From assembly GCA_013239625.1 (NCBI GenBank), contig MU054323.1, positions 14,698,029 to 14,762,028 on the forward strand: 64,000 nt of DNA. The letters are read 5' to 3'. Positions 1-10,736 of the stretch are shown in pieces (the first letter of the stretch is position 1; the number at the start of each line of letters is the position of its first letter). The position numbers and the translations under genes are program-made. The DNA is from Lama guanicoe (lineage: Eukaryota). The notes under the pieces are model-generated. The model was not told the DNA's origin. It saw only the letters and a list, made by a program, of their open reading frames with translations, and made no database searches.

Positions 1-630
1 AAAAATCAATTGTGTTTTTATATTTTAGTGCAAACAACTAGAAAATGACACTTAAAAGCAATTTGTTTTATACCAAATAAAAGAAACATAAGATACTGAG
101 GAGTAAATTTAACAAGAGGCTTGCAAGACCTCTACACAAAAAGGAAGCGATTTTACTGATAGAAAATAAAGATAACCTAAAAAAATTAAAAGATGCTCCG
201 TGCTAATAGACTGGAAGATATAATACTGTTATGAAGTTATTTCTCCTCAAACTGATACATAAATGAAATACAATCACAATAAAAAATCTTTATAGACTCT
301 TTTGATAGAAAATGACAAGTTTATTTTATCATTTCTATGGAAAATATGTAAAATAGCCAATACATTCTTAGAACAAAAACAGATTTGGAGGACTTGTTAC
401 TTTATTTAAAGGTGGCCTACAATATTTGCAACACATAGTACTGTAATGGATTAAGTATAGGCATGTATCAATGGAGCAGAATATAAAGACTAGAAATAGA
501 TATACATTTATGTAATCAGCTAATTTCTTCCCAAGGTGCCTACAAAATTGATGGGGAAAAGGAAGTATTTTCAGTAAGTTGCGCTGAAAAACTAAAAAAC
601 TTATAGAAAAAATTATCTTAACCTCCATCT
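1..630 (+). mobile_element. Old LINE-1 (L1M-type) ORF2 3'-half fragment, decayed
   Basis: Degenerate L1 ORF2 signatures (aaaaatcaattgtgtttttata; tgcaagacctctacaca; atcaatggagcagaata; tggggaaaaggaagtattttcagtaag) with stops and frameshifts. Confidence 0.8.
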
Positions 631-664
631 ATATTTATATCTAGTTGTAAGATAATGGTTGTTT

Positions 665-1722
665 AAAAATACTCTACACTGAAAACTATAGGACATTGAT
701 GAAAGGACTTGAAGAAGACAAATAAATGGAAATATATTCTGTGCTCATGGATTAAAGGATGAATATATTTAAAATGTCCATACTACCCAAAGGAATCTCC
801 AGATTCAATGCAATCCCTATCAAAATTCCAATGGCATATTTCACAGAACTAACAATCTTCCAGTTTTTGCAGGAAAACAGATGTGGGGCATGAGAAGGGC
901 TGTGCCCCGGGTCTTCGTTGAGCCCCTGGGACGTGCCCCACCAAGTGTGGATCCTTAGTTTTGCGCAGGAAATAATTCAAGAGCGAGCCACAGTTGAGTG
1001 AAAGTAAATTTATTCAGAGAGATACACTGAAAGGCAAGAGAAGGGCCACAGGTGTGGGGGTTGGGTGCTCAGATTAAAAGTAGGTACACATTCCATAGAC
1101 AGAATAGGGGCAGTCTCCTAAAAGGGAGAGAGAGAGGGGCGGCCACTAGGCATGTTGTTGTCACTTTTTATGGTCTCAGTAGCTTCACAGGCCTACAGGT
1201 GGGATTAATCCAACTGCCCTGGGGAAGGGGCTGGGATTACCGGGAATTGGGCCACCACCCATTCTTTGGCCTTCTGCGGTTAGCCTTGGGGCTGTCATGA
1301 TGCCTGTGGGCATGTTATTTGATCATGCTGTTACAATGAGCATATAATGAAGCTCAAGTTCTACTAGAAGCTAAACCTCTTAATGCTCAAGGCCAACTAG
1401 GAGGTGAATCTTCCACCATTTTGGTTGTTGTCATTCCTTGAGTGGCTGTGCCCTGCCCCCTTCCCTCCTGTCTCACGGTTATAACATAATTAAGTCATGA
1501 AGATATAATGAACAGCATGGCAACTACAATTATTAATACTGTATTACATGTTTGAAAGCTGCTAAGAGAATAGATCTTAATAGTTCTCATCATAAGAAAA
1601 AAATTCTGTAACTGTGTATGGTGATGGGTTTTAATTGGACTTATTTTAGTGATCATGTTGCAAGATGTACACATATTATATGCCTGAAACTAATAAAATG
1701 CATGTCAATTAGATCTCAAAAA
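665..1722 (+). mobile_element. LINE-1 (L1MA9-like): ORF2 piece (665-~856) joined to terminal 3' UTR (~857-864, 1476-1722), interrupted by an LTR
   Basis: 665-856 matches the ORF2 segment ...[23 protein letters not shown]; after the LTR the sequence continues as an L1 3' UTR (cttccagt|tataa...taagtcatg...gatcttaa...cctgaaactaat...tcaatt...aaaaa). Confidence 0.8.
865..1475 (-). mobile_element. ERV1-class solo LTR, lineage-specific
   Basis: Minus strand starts TGAGACAGGAGGGAAGGGGGCAGGG; AATAAA on minus (tttatt ~1009-1014); 4-bp TSD cagt (861-864) / cggt (1476-1479); GC-rich relative to flanks. Confidence 0.85.
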
Positions 1723-2518
1723 TATATATATAATATTCCTTCTTAAACATGCATGGATTTCATATACACATATATTTCATCTAAAATCTACTAAACTTAA
1801 CAACTATTAGCAAATACAAATCTATGGTTACGTTACCAGGAGATAAAATAGTACACCCACCTCAGGGCAGTGTGTAATAAATAGGGAAAGGGCATCACTC
1901 TTTTCACAGTAAATAGAAATACTCTGGTAAATTATAAAAGTCATATTTTGTAGGGGAGGAAAAATAATTTCTACTCTACCTTTCTAGTTTCTTGGCTAAG
2001 ACCACCCCCAACCCCTAGTAATGTAAGACAAATTAACAGAAGAAAAACAAACAGAAATTCAGTAACATGTATATCTACCTCCTGTATACATGGGAGATAT
2101 CCAGGACAACTGAGCAGCTTCCTCCTGAAATGTCCCAACAAACCACCTTTGTCATCATTGCAAGCGAAGGATAAAAGGAGATACTAGGGGAAAGGGTGGT
2201 AGTGGCTGTGAAGAGTCAGCAATGGGAGGTTCTCAGGAAACGCGCAGTAAATAAGAGTGTGCTTGTTATGCAGATTTTAGTCCATGCCTTCTTCACTAGT
2301 GAAGAGTTTCTATAGTTTTAGTCATCATCCTTTTCCTGGTACAGAGAGGAAAACATCTTTACGAACGGAGATTTCGTTTATAAATGTAAACGTCTCTTAG
2401 AAAAAAATGAACGTCTACTGGGTTTTCAGAGCTATTCCCGTGCCTGTGGGTTCTTAGAAATAACCAACCCCCAAAAAGCCTTATGCCAAAGCCAAAGAGG
2501 CATATTTTTAAGTGGCAA

Positions 2519-3570
2519 TGAAAGAGTAGAAAACTAATTAGATGGCTATTGAGTTGTTCAGGGCTGTACTTTTAGCTAAATTGATCTTATAACTAACAGG
2601 CTCCCCTCCCTGTGAATTCTTTTCTTAGAATAACTTATCCTTTAACCCTAGAGGTCTTGAAAGAAGGTCATGGACTGAACCTCAAGAAAATGGGCAGATC
2701 CTTCTAAATTCCTTCATAACAACAACAACAAGTTCTTATCAAGATGAAAAGAATGCAACACCTGTAAAATGCCCTGATTGTTTATCATCTTCCCATTTTG
2801 TTAGAGCAGGCAGACAGCTAGATATGAGCAAAGGGGGACATAGACCAAATAACAGGAGTTGGGCAAAAAGGAGGGGCACAAGCCAAATGCAGGAAACATA
2901 CAAATGCCCAGGGGTCCCTCGGCAGAGAAAGAAAAGCAGGAATCTTTGGGCTGATAGGGGCCACACCTTTTGGCCTGGAGACCAACAAAGAAAGGTCAGA
3001 AAAGGCAGGAATTTCCAGTGCCTGAATGTAACCTTTTGATCATTATGCCCTCATTTCAATAAAATTAGCCTTACAGGTCAGAAGTACCCATCATGCACCG
3101 ACACCATGACACTTCTGATCCAGACAAAATAAGGATAAAAATCCCTCCTCTCTTTGGGAAGGTGGAGTTGGGGTGATAATCAGGAAATGCGACCCCAAGC
3201 CCTTCCCTCCTCAATGAATATTCCACCCATTCCTTTTGCACCCTATGTAACTAACTTGCCAAAGAAACTCAGGGCAGCCACTCATCTGAGCCTGCCCACT
3301 CTCTCCTAGAGAGAGATCCTCACTTTAATAAATCTTCACTTTACTTCTCTTAACCTCTGCATCTCGTCTCTGAATTCTTTCTGGGATGGGACAAGAACCT
3401 GGAACACTAGTTGGATCCACCAGGAACAATTCCATCCATTTTTTTTCCATAAAACCTCAAGACCCTTTTGCCTGGCAGAGCAGTAAAGCTGTTCTTTTCT
3501 ATCCTCCTTGAACTCTGCCTCTGACTCTCAATTTGGCTATTGGGGTTCAGAGGCTGATTTTCCAGCAACA
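2519..3570 (+). mobile_element. ERV1-class solo LTR nested in the MER34-like LTR (itself split: 2519-2798 and 3433-3570)
   Basis: TG...CA termini (tgaaagagtag...ttccagcaaca); perfect TSD gcaa at 2515-2518 and 3571-3574; cataaaa and agtaaa at TATA/polyA-like positions. Confidence 0.85.
2799..3428 (+). mobile_element. ERV1-class solo LTR, innermost of the triple nest
   Basis: tgttagagcaggcag...ccaccaggaaca termini; AATAAA ~3327; U5-like ctgaattctttc...gacaagaacc; TSD attt (2795-2798) / attc (3429-3432). Confidence 0.85.
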
Positions 3571-3861
3571 GCAAATTCTGCTCCCCTTCAAAGACATCAG
3601 ACAGCTGTGGGAAAAAAAAATGGCTAGATGAATGAAAATTCTGTAGAAAGAATAACTGTTCACTGAGCTTAGACTGACAACCAATCTCTTCTTTGAGGTC
3701 TTTTGCTTAGTCTCAGTAATGGGATGAGATTTGGGGTTGGTCATGGCAGAAAGTATATATTGGAGGAAATTCCATCACCTTGGGGAGATGGAACTGTTTT
3801 AAAACTCGATCCTGGTAATGAATAGATGAACTTACATATGTGGTAACATTGCACTGAACTA

Positions 3862-3909
3862 CAGGCAGGCAGGCAGGCAGACACAGACACACACACAGAC
3901 ACAGACACA

Positions 3910-3944
<35 letters not shown>
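3862..3944. repeat. Compound microsatellite (CAGG)n/(CACAGA)n/(CA)n
   Basis: Directly visible. Confidence 0.95.
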
Positions 3945-3946
<2 letters not shown>

Positions 3947-3957
3947 TTATGTCACTG

Positions 3958-4418
3958 TGTGAAGGAAAAACCAGGCTGGTCTGACATAACTCATAAGTCT
4001 AGGAATGTGAAGGAGAGGCTGGGCTGGTCTAACAAGATAACTCACAAATCTATGTATTGGAATACTGATCTGAGTTCTGCTGGACTAACTTGTAAATCTA
4101 AGTTAATTGGTGTTGGTTTGCTGTTTCTGTTTTTTGCTAGCCAGCTGGATTTTCAAAGATACATATCTGACTTTGGAATGTGGGTTTGCTGCCTCCCCGC
4201 CTCCACTTTTGTGATGATGATGCTGCTAAAGCTGTTCCATGCCTATTGGCCGAATACCCCAAGCTTGTACTTTACCCTATAAAACCTCATGCGCATGTCT
4301 TGAAGGTGCTCAGAGCTTCGGAGCAGAAGCCCCTCTGAGCCCGCCGGCGTAATACATCTGAGTACTCCAGCCCTCCGGGTGGTGCTTGTTTCTTGACTGG
4401 CCTGTCGTTTCCGTAACA
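3958..4418 (+). mobile_element. Young ERV1-class solo LTR
   Basis: tgtgaagg...ccgtaaca termini; perfect TSD actg (3954-3957, 4419-4422); ATTGG 4245, TATAAAA 4278-4284, AATACA 4351; about 10 retained CpGs. Confidence 0.9.
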
Positions 4419-4456
4419 ACTGTCAGTTTCTTGGTTGTAATATAGTACTACAGCTA

Positions 4457-5009
4457 TGTTACCTAAGGCAAGTTCCTGTGCCCTATGCACAGTGAGGCCA
4501 GAGTTTGGAGCAGAGAAAGGTTTCTTGCAGGGCCAAGCAAGGGGAACTGGTGCCTTGTGCTCAAGAATTCTGAACTCCTCAATGGTTTTCAGGGAGAAGT
4601 TTTTAAAAGGCAAAATTTGGCTTGAGGGCTGCAGGGTGTGTGACTTTATTCTGATTGATGGTGGTGAAGTAACAAGGCAGCGTTCTAGGAATCTTCTGCT
4701 CAGCCTGCAGTCGCCATCCTCCACCTGGGTGGGGGCCTTACTTCCTGCAGAAGAGCTCAAAGATACTGTTATGCATATCCCTGGGGGGGGAACCAGGACC
4801 CGGCTTTATTGCTGCTTTACTGTTTTTTGACTGCTTCTCCTTTGTTTCTGCATTTCCTCTCATCCCTAATTAGGAACTGTTTGAATTTGCCCTTTGGAAA
4901 TCAGGGAAGGTCTAGGAGGCCAAAGGAAGCCTACTTCTTACAAACAAGAAACAAAGAACAAGGATAGGGTTTGTACCTGGAGGGCCCCAGAGAGTCCTGC
5001 TCAGTTTCA
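4457..5009 (-). mobile_element. ERV1-class solo LTR (artiodactyl-type)
   Basis: Minus strand TGAAACTGAGCAGGAC...CTTAGGTAACA; putative TSD gcta / gctg; 3' end resembles the fragment at 57342-57465. Confidence 0.85.
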
Positions 5010-7129
5010 GCTGCTCTTTTATAACCACTTCTACTTTTGTCCAGTCCATCTCTCTGTCCTCAACCCCTGGCATTAACTGATTTGTCCTTGACGTCTGTAA
5101 TTTTGTCACACTATTTTTCCATTGTACTTCTTATGATAACATTTGCCTTTACACCATAAATGAAGACAAAGTTGAATCAAATATTATGTTATATACTTTG
5201 TTCTTTTCCTTGGCTTGCAATAACATATTGGTATGTCGTAAATTATTATATTTGATGTGCTCCTTTTGTACCACGTGCACTATGAATGTTAACCTCCTTA
5301 CCTATAGCTTTAACACTGCATTCTGAACATTTTCATAACTACACCTTTATCTAGATCCTTTCTTCTGAGGCCTTGACTGTTCACCACGTGGCCTAATGGG
5401 TCTCTTCATAGTTATTCAGACATAGCTACTCCGAAATTGAAACCGTCACCTACCCTTCTCTTCTCTGCGCTCGCTTCACACTCCCTATTTTCAACAGATT
5501 TATATAGTCTACTGTCTTTATGCCAAAGAATATGCCTTCAATCATTATTATGGGTCTCAGTTTCCTTCCATTTTTGAATATGTCACCAGCTGAAAAGTGG
5601 CTCTAGAGCTAATGGCTATCTTTCATCACATTTAATCTTTTCCGAAGGTTAAGACTGTGGAAGAATGACTGAGGAAGAATGCTACTTCTTCTATGGCAAA
5701 CCCTTTACTACCTGTTTTCTACTTTTAGGTTTCTCATTTATGAAATATCTCTAATAAGATGTTCTACAGAATGGAAACAAAATGTATGCATTTACTCAAA
5801 TGCTATTCAGAAATGCATTTCCTTGCCCTGAATGTATATGATTTGAGGTATGACTGCTATACTGTCCATTTGCTTTTATCTCAAATGCAATTTGTTTTCA
5901 TCAAGAGACTGCTATCCTATGCTGACTTTACCTCACCTTTACTTTCCTTTTAAAATACTGTAAAATGAAAGCTATTGATGGCTAATGAAATGCTTTGTCT
6001 TAGTTTTAATGATGGAGAATCAAAAGAAATTGGTGAAAGAAGAATTGCATAATTCTAAATAACAAAGTACCCCCAGATTACCCAAATGCAAAAGTGAGGG
6101 ACTTGGAGAGGCTTTCAAATACTACCTATTAACATAAGCACAGGTACATTAAGGAGTTAAATATAAAATTTGAGAAAATGAACAACTTTAATAGGCTAAA
6201 ATGTTTTGAAAAAAATCTGAATAACTGAAAATTGAGAACACCTGTGGGCTAAATTAGCCTTGAGAAATACTGGGCTCCATAATTATGTTATCAAATATTC
6301 CTTCTTTAAAAAGTCATAATAAGTAGTGAAATTTTGTATTAATATATGCATTTAATATTAAGAAACAATTTAAAAGTAATTTTAAGGAGAAAAACATTGA
6401 GACATGGTTTAAAATTATCTAATATGAATTGTATAATAACTAGATTGGCTGGGACATTTTCTAAAAATTAAGGAAAATATTAAATTCCATCACTGTATTT
6501 GGAGGATAAAAATATCTCATTCAGAGTTTTATGAAACAAAATAGAATAATAAAAAAAAAAAAGACCATCAAAGTGAGTTGGAAAAAGAACTCAATAGATA
6601 TTACCATGTCTGCCATAACTGAGATAATTACCCCCAATTTTTGAAATAACTTATTTTGCTATCTTTAAAATTACTGTTGTATCTGTTGTATTCCTTTACA
6701 TTTAAAATAATTAAGTGAGCAAGTATCGGCAATCCTTTTTCTGTCTAAAATAGTCAAATCATTGCTAAATCACTGTAATTATTTTTTACGAGATTTGTTA
6801 GAAAAGATAGCTGAACTGTTGGACTATTATACCTTCTTTATTGGAAGGAAGTAGATTTGAGTATATTCAAGTTATAACTTGCAATACTATTGCTAGAACT
6901 TATCATTGTTCTACTTTTATAGTTTTTAAACATTTCTTATTCATGTCACGTTTGTTAGTCAACTTTTCCTAATTTAATATAATTATGCTTTAATCTATAT
7001 AGACATCATCACGTATACACAAGCACAGAAAAACAGCAAAATAAATGTGCTTTCATGGTCCAAATTTATGCACATCCTCTGGTTACATGCAAAGAATGTT
7101 TGACGTGGAATATGAAACAATAAAGTAGT

Positions 7130-7250
7130 TGAAAGCTGTATTCAGTCAGAGAGGTAAGGGTTTGAATTTTGCATCTGCCACTTACAAACTGTCGTCAATA
7201 AATTTAATGTATTGAGCCAACTACTTCATCATTTGTAAAATGTGAATAAT
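7130..7250 (+). mobile_element. MIR SINE fragment
   Basis: agtcaga...gggtttgaatt...ctgccacttac...catcatttgtaaaatg core-like motifs. Confidence 0.6.
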
Positions 7251-7474
7251 ATTAATATTTTAATCTAAAGACAAATAACATCAACAAACAGACAGAGACT
7301 TAGAAAGTATGATTACTATGATGGCAACACTAGGTTGCTGTGAGGAGTAAAATAAAAATATCTAATTTAGATTAGTTCAAGAAATTTTCTCTCAGGAGGT
7401 GACATTTATATGTTATTCATCCTTTGATTGCCATTATTAATGAAAATTAGATCTAGTTACTTGGATGTCACAGT

Positions 7475-7870
7475 AGTTGACCTTAAACAAATGGACTGCC
7501 AGTTATCTCTCCAGCAAAATAAAATGGGTTTATTTGGGATCTGCAAGGAATTGCAATTTGGGTTGTGCAACCATGGCAAGCCGTATGTGAGCCCCATGCA
7601 ATAGGGAGAGAACTCTTTTAAAGAGGGGTAAAGGAAGTTGGGACAGTTAGAGTAAACAAAGAGTCCATTAGAGGAACTGAGAGTTGGAAATACAGTGGCT
7701 TTTCGTTGGTTGAGCTGTGACAGTCTTTCATTGGCTGAGCCCTTGCCAGGCAAGAAGAGGAAATCTTTCTTCTTCCTGTTGGGCTCTATTCCTATTGTAG
7801 GGCATGAGCACTCCCTCTTCTGGCCTCCCAACTATTTTTCAATTGAGACTGCCGTTTATTAATTTTTACA
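7475..7870 (-). mobile_element. ERV1-class solo LTR
   Basis: Minus strand starts TGTAAAAATTAATAAA; CCAAT motif (cattggctgagc) and AATAAA (tttatt ~7528) on minus; perfect TSD cagt (7471-7474, 7871-7874). Confidence 0.85.
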
Positions 7871-9019
7871 CAGTACACATTTCTCAGAAGACTCTAAAAT
7901 AAAATAAATTGAAGGAATTTTGGTTAATTTCTTAAAATTAAAAAGTGTCTCAGGGTAAGCTCTTTGTGATAGTATATGAACTTCATTCCTTTATGGTTTC
8001 TCTTTCACAGGTCACGAGTCACTTCAAAATTCCTCAATAACATTGTTCTTTTTGTTGCTAATAACATTAATATAAAGATATTAATAATCAGCTATATCTG
8101 GAAGACAATTCAGCAAAATTGATTTATATCAATATTATTTAAGATAAATCACCAAGTTTCCTACTTGACTCAAAGTCAGTTTCAGTCAACACATTTCTGA
8201 AACCAAATCATAAGGTGGAGAAGCTAACATGATAGATCAGTATTTCTCCCCACCTTGCCAAGCACCTGCTTCAACAGCGGTAATAGATTAGCTAGAGAAG
8301 GAGCAGAGAAGACAGAAGGAAAGGACTAGCTTTTCACTCACATGAAAAAGTATTACTTAATTTGAGGAGCTAAGATTTACTGGATAATGAAAAATAACAT
8401 CATATGAGTGTTATAGAGAATGTACCCTTAGGGAAACACTGGGAGATTAAAATATTCTTTGGATAAACCTGTGGGAAAGTATCTGCCCAAGTATATATGA
8501 CACTTTAAATTCAAATTAAGAGAAACAGAAAATTTGCTTATTATAAAAATGGAGGAAAATGAACAACAAACAGCAAAGAGCATTGATTTAAGTGATCATA
8601 TCTTCCAAGTTTCGTAAGTTCTTTTTACATACAGATATTTATATAAACAAATCTGTAAATGCACTGTTTTTACATATTTAAAGATGTAATTAAAACATTT
8701 ACTATAGCACTAAACTGTCTTGAGGCTGAGTTGAAAATACAGTTAGCCTCTGTCCACATAATTTCCAGTAATCTGGAGTGCAAAATAGGTCATGTGTTTG
8801 TTGTATAGCCCTCCCTTCAGCCAGATTCTCAGATTCTCTCTTTCAGGTGCCATGAGACAGAGGGAAATTTTGTGTCTTTTAGAACCTGCCTTCCAGATTG
8901 TTGTATCGCTCAAGCTCTCAGAAAACTTCGCATGGGGTAAAACAGCCATGTGCTTGGTTGGGGGTACTTTTGATTTCAAGCTATCATAATAGCCTCCTCA
9001 TGAATAGATCTTCTACACT

Positions 9020-9148
9020 AAAGATTTGCAAGTTATCACCATTGGGGGATAGTGGGTGAAAGGTGCATGGAATCTCTCTGCATTACTTGTTATAATTACA
9101 TATAAATTTACAATCATCTCATAATAAAAAGTTTAATTTGAGAAAAAG
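9020..9148 (+). mobile_element. L1MC terminal 3' end
   Basis: ttgcaag..caccattggggga..gggtgaaaggtgcatggaatctctctg...ataaaaagtttaattt. Confidence 0.75.
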
Positions 9149-10370
9149 CATGAATATACAGACAAGAAATTTTTAAATAGCAAAGCTTATGTGTATTTGC
9201 TATATAAATATAGATCACATATAATTATTATATATGCATCCAAAAATTACCCTTAAGGTTTTCTCTATGAATACCAGTCTTATTAAGCAAATGATTTAAG
9301 TAAACATTATACATTCCTTTTAGTTGGGCCACTATCTTTGTGTATAGTTCTTTGAACTGGGTTAGAGTCTAATATTAAGAAAAAAAATCAGAATACATTT
9401 GGAGTATATATATAGGGAAATATGATATAAAATTCAATAAATCCCTTTGTGATACTTACCTTTTGAAATGTAATAAAGTTTTAAAATTATAATAACTATA
9501 ATCAATGTTCATTAAGAAATTATAATAAAAATACTTAAATTCACAATGCTGGGAGATTAGAAACTCAAATTGCTAACACAAATATCCTCTATATTCTTAG
9601 CAGCAATATATTGCATTTGGTAGCTACAGTACGAACACAGACATCACAGCAATCTAGGCAAGACATTTAAAATCATTATGTCTAACTCTAGCTACAGCAG
9701 GCCCATGTTGAATTGCCCTGTTAGCCACTTTTCTTCCATAGTTCCCTTGTTTACTTGCCCTTGTGACTATAAGCCTTTCCAGTGAAACCTGAGAGTCTTC
9801 TACTGGATCACTGAAATCCATTGCCATTCCCAGAAGACCGAGAATGCTCCATGGTTTTCTGCCTAAGCCATCTCATCTTTCTACTAACCTCGTTTCTTTG
9901 ATGGTTTGAATGTCCTCTAATCTGCTTTAGCAATTGCTAAATGGGAAGTTATTTCATGACAAGTATTATTGAGTGGTGCTAATAGCTGGTGATTTTCAAG
10001 TCATTTAAAGACCTATATTGGGCACAGGGACTTACCAGTATGCATATTGTACATAGTATATATGACAGCATATAAAGAACCAGTATCCAGTGGACGGGAA
10101 CCTGTGATGTTAATGGTGTATACCAGCTAATTGTCAGCCCTGATAGTAATGATAAAATTTACTGATATTAACTATTTCCCAGGTTTTAAACCACTTAAAT
10201 TGTTATTCCTCTTGAAAGTACTTGCATTTCAACAAAGATTTTCCAAAAACTTAGCATCTTCTCCTGGGAGAGGTTCTACTGCCTGATAGGGAGAACTCCT
10301 GGGACAAGTATGCTTTTTAACACTCCTCATATCACTCTCTATAAATGGTTCCTACTCTATCTAGTTCTAA

Positions 10371-10557
10371 GTAATGGTCCTCAACTTTGGCCTTGCACTA
10401 GTAAACATTCCTCAGGTATGGGGAGTATTAAAAATTTTTAATGCCTAGGCTACGGATCTGACCAATTATATCAGAATCCCTGGGGGTTTCATTAAGGCAT
10501 CAGTATTTGTAAAACTCCCTCGAGTGATTCCAAGGTGCAGTAGAAGTTGAAAAACTG
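10371..10557. mobile_element. MER5-type hAT-Charlie non-autonomous DNA transposon
   Basis: tggtcctcaactttgg...atcagaatccctgggg...ggcatcagtattt...gtgattccaaggtgcag...ttgaaaactg. Confidence 0.75.
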
Positions 10558-10715
10558 TTCTAAACTTTTTCCTGACACCTGAAGCTCATTTTCACGATGT
10601 CATTGTCTTGGAAACTTGTGATAAAATTACTTTACAGGTATCTTTATTTTCTATATATTGTTTCACCTAGAATTTTTTACATGACAAGAGTTTTGTCTAT
10701 ACTGATTTGCAAACA

Positions 10716-10736
10716 TGTGTGTGTGTGTGTGTGTGT
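10716..10736. repeat. (TG)n microsatellite
   Basis: Directly visible. Confidence 0.9.

Larger units (their letters stand above)
1949..3590 (-). mobile_element. MER34-like ERV1 solo LTR, split into 1949-2518 and 3575-3590 by nested LTRs
   Basis: Rejoined minus strand begins TGAAGGGGAGCAGAATTTGCCACTTAAAAATATGCCTCTTTGGC (MER34-type 5' end) and ends TTTTTCCTCCCCTACA; its own TSD is not recognisable. Confidence 0.8.
3700..4456 (+). mobile_element. L1MC-type 3' UTR fragment, interrupted by a microsatellite and the LTR at 3958-4418
   Basis: gatggaactgtttt...cttacatatgtggtaacattgcactgaacta(CA)n...attatgtcactg|tcagtttcttggttgtaatatagtactacag resembles L1MC 3' ends. Confidence 0.65.

Noticed and set aside
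4287..4830. Overlapping 157-aa and 124-aa ORFs
   Set aside because: They lie in GC-richer LTRs, one crosses element boundaries, and neither has gag/pol/env motifs
8835..8945. Plus-strand exon candidate (tctctctttcAG...GG|gtaaaa)
   Set aside because: Weak donor, no recognisable peptide, no partner exons
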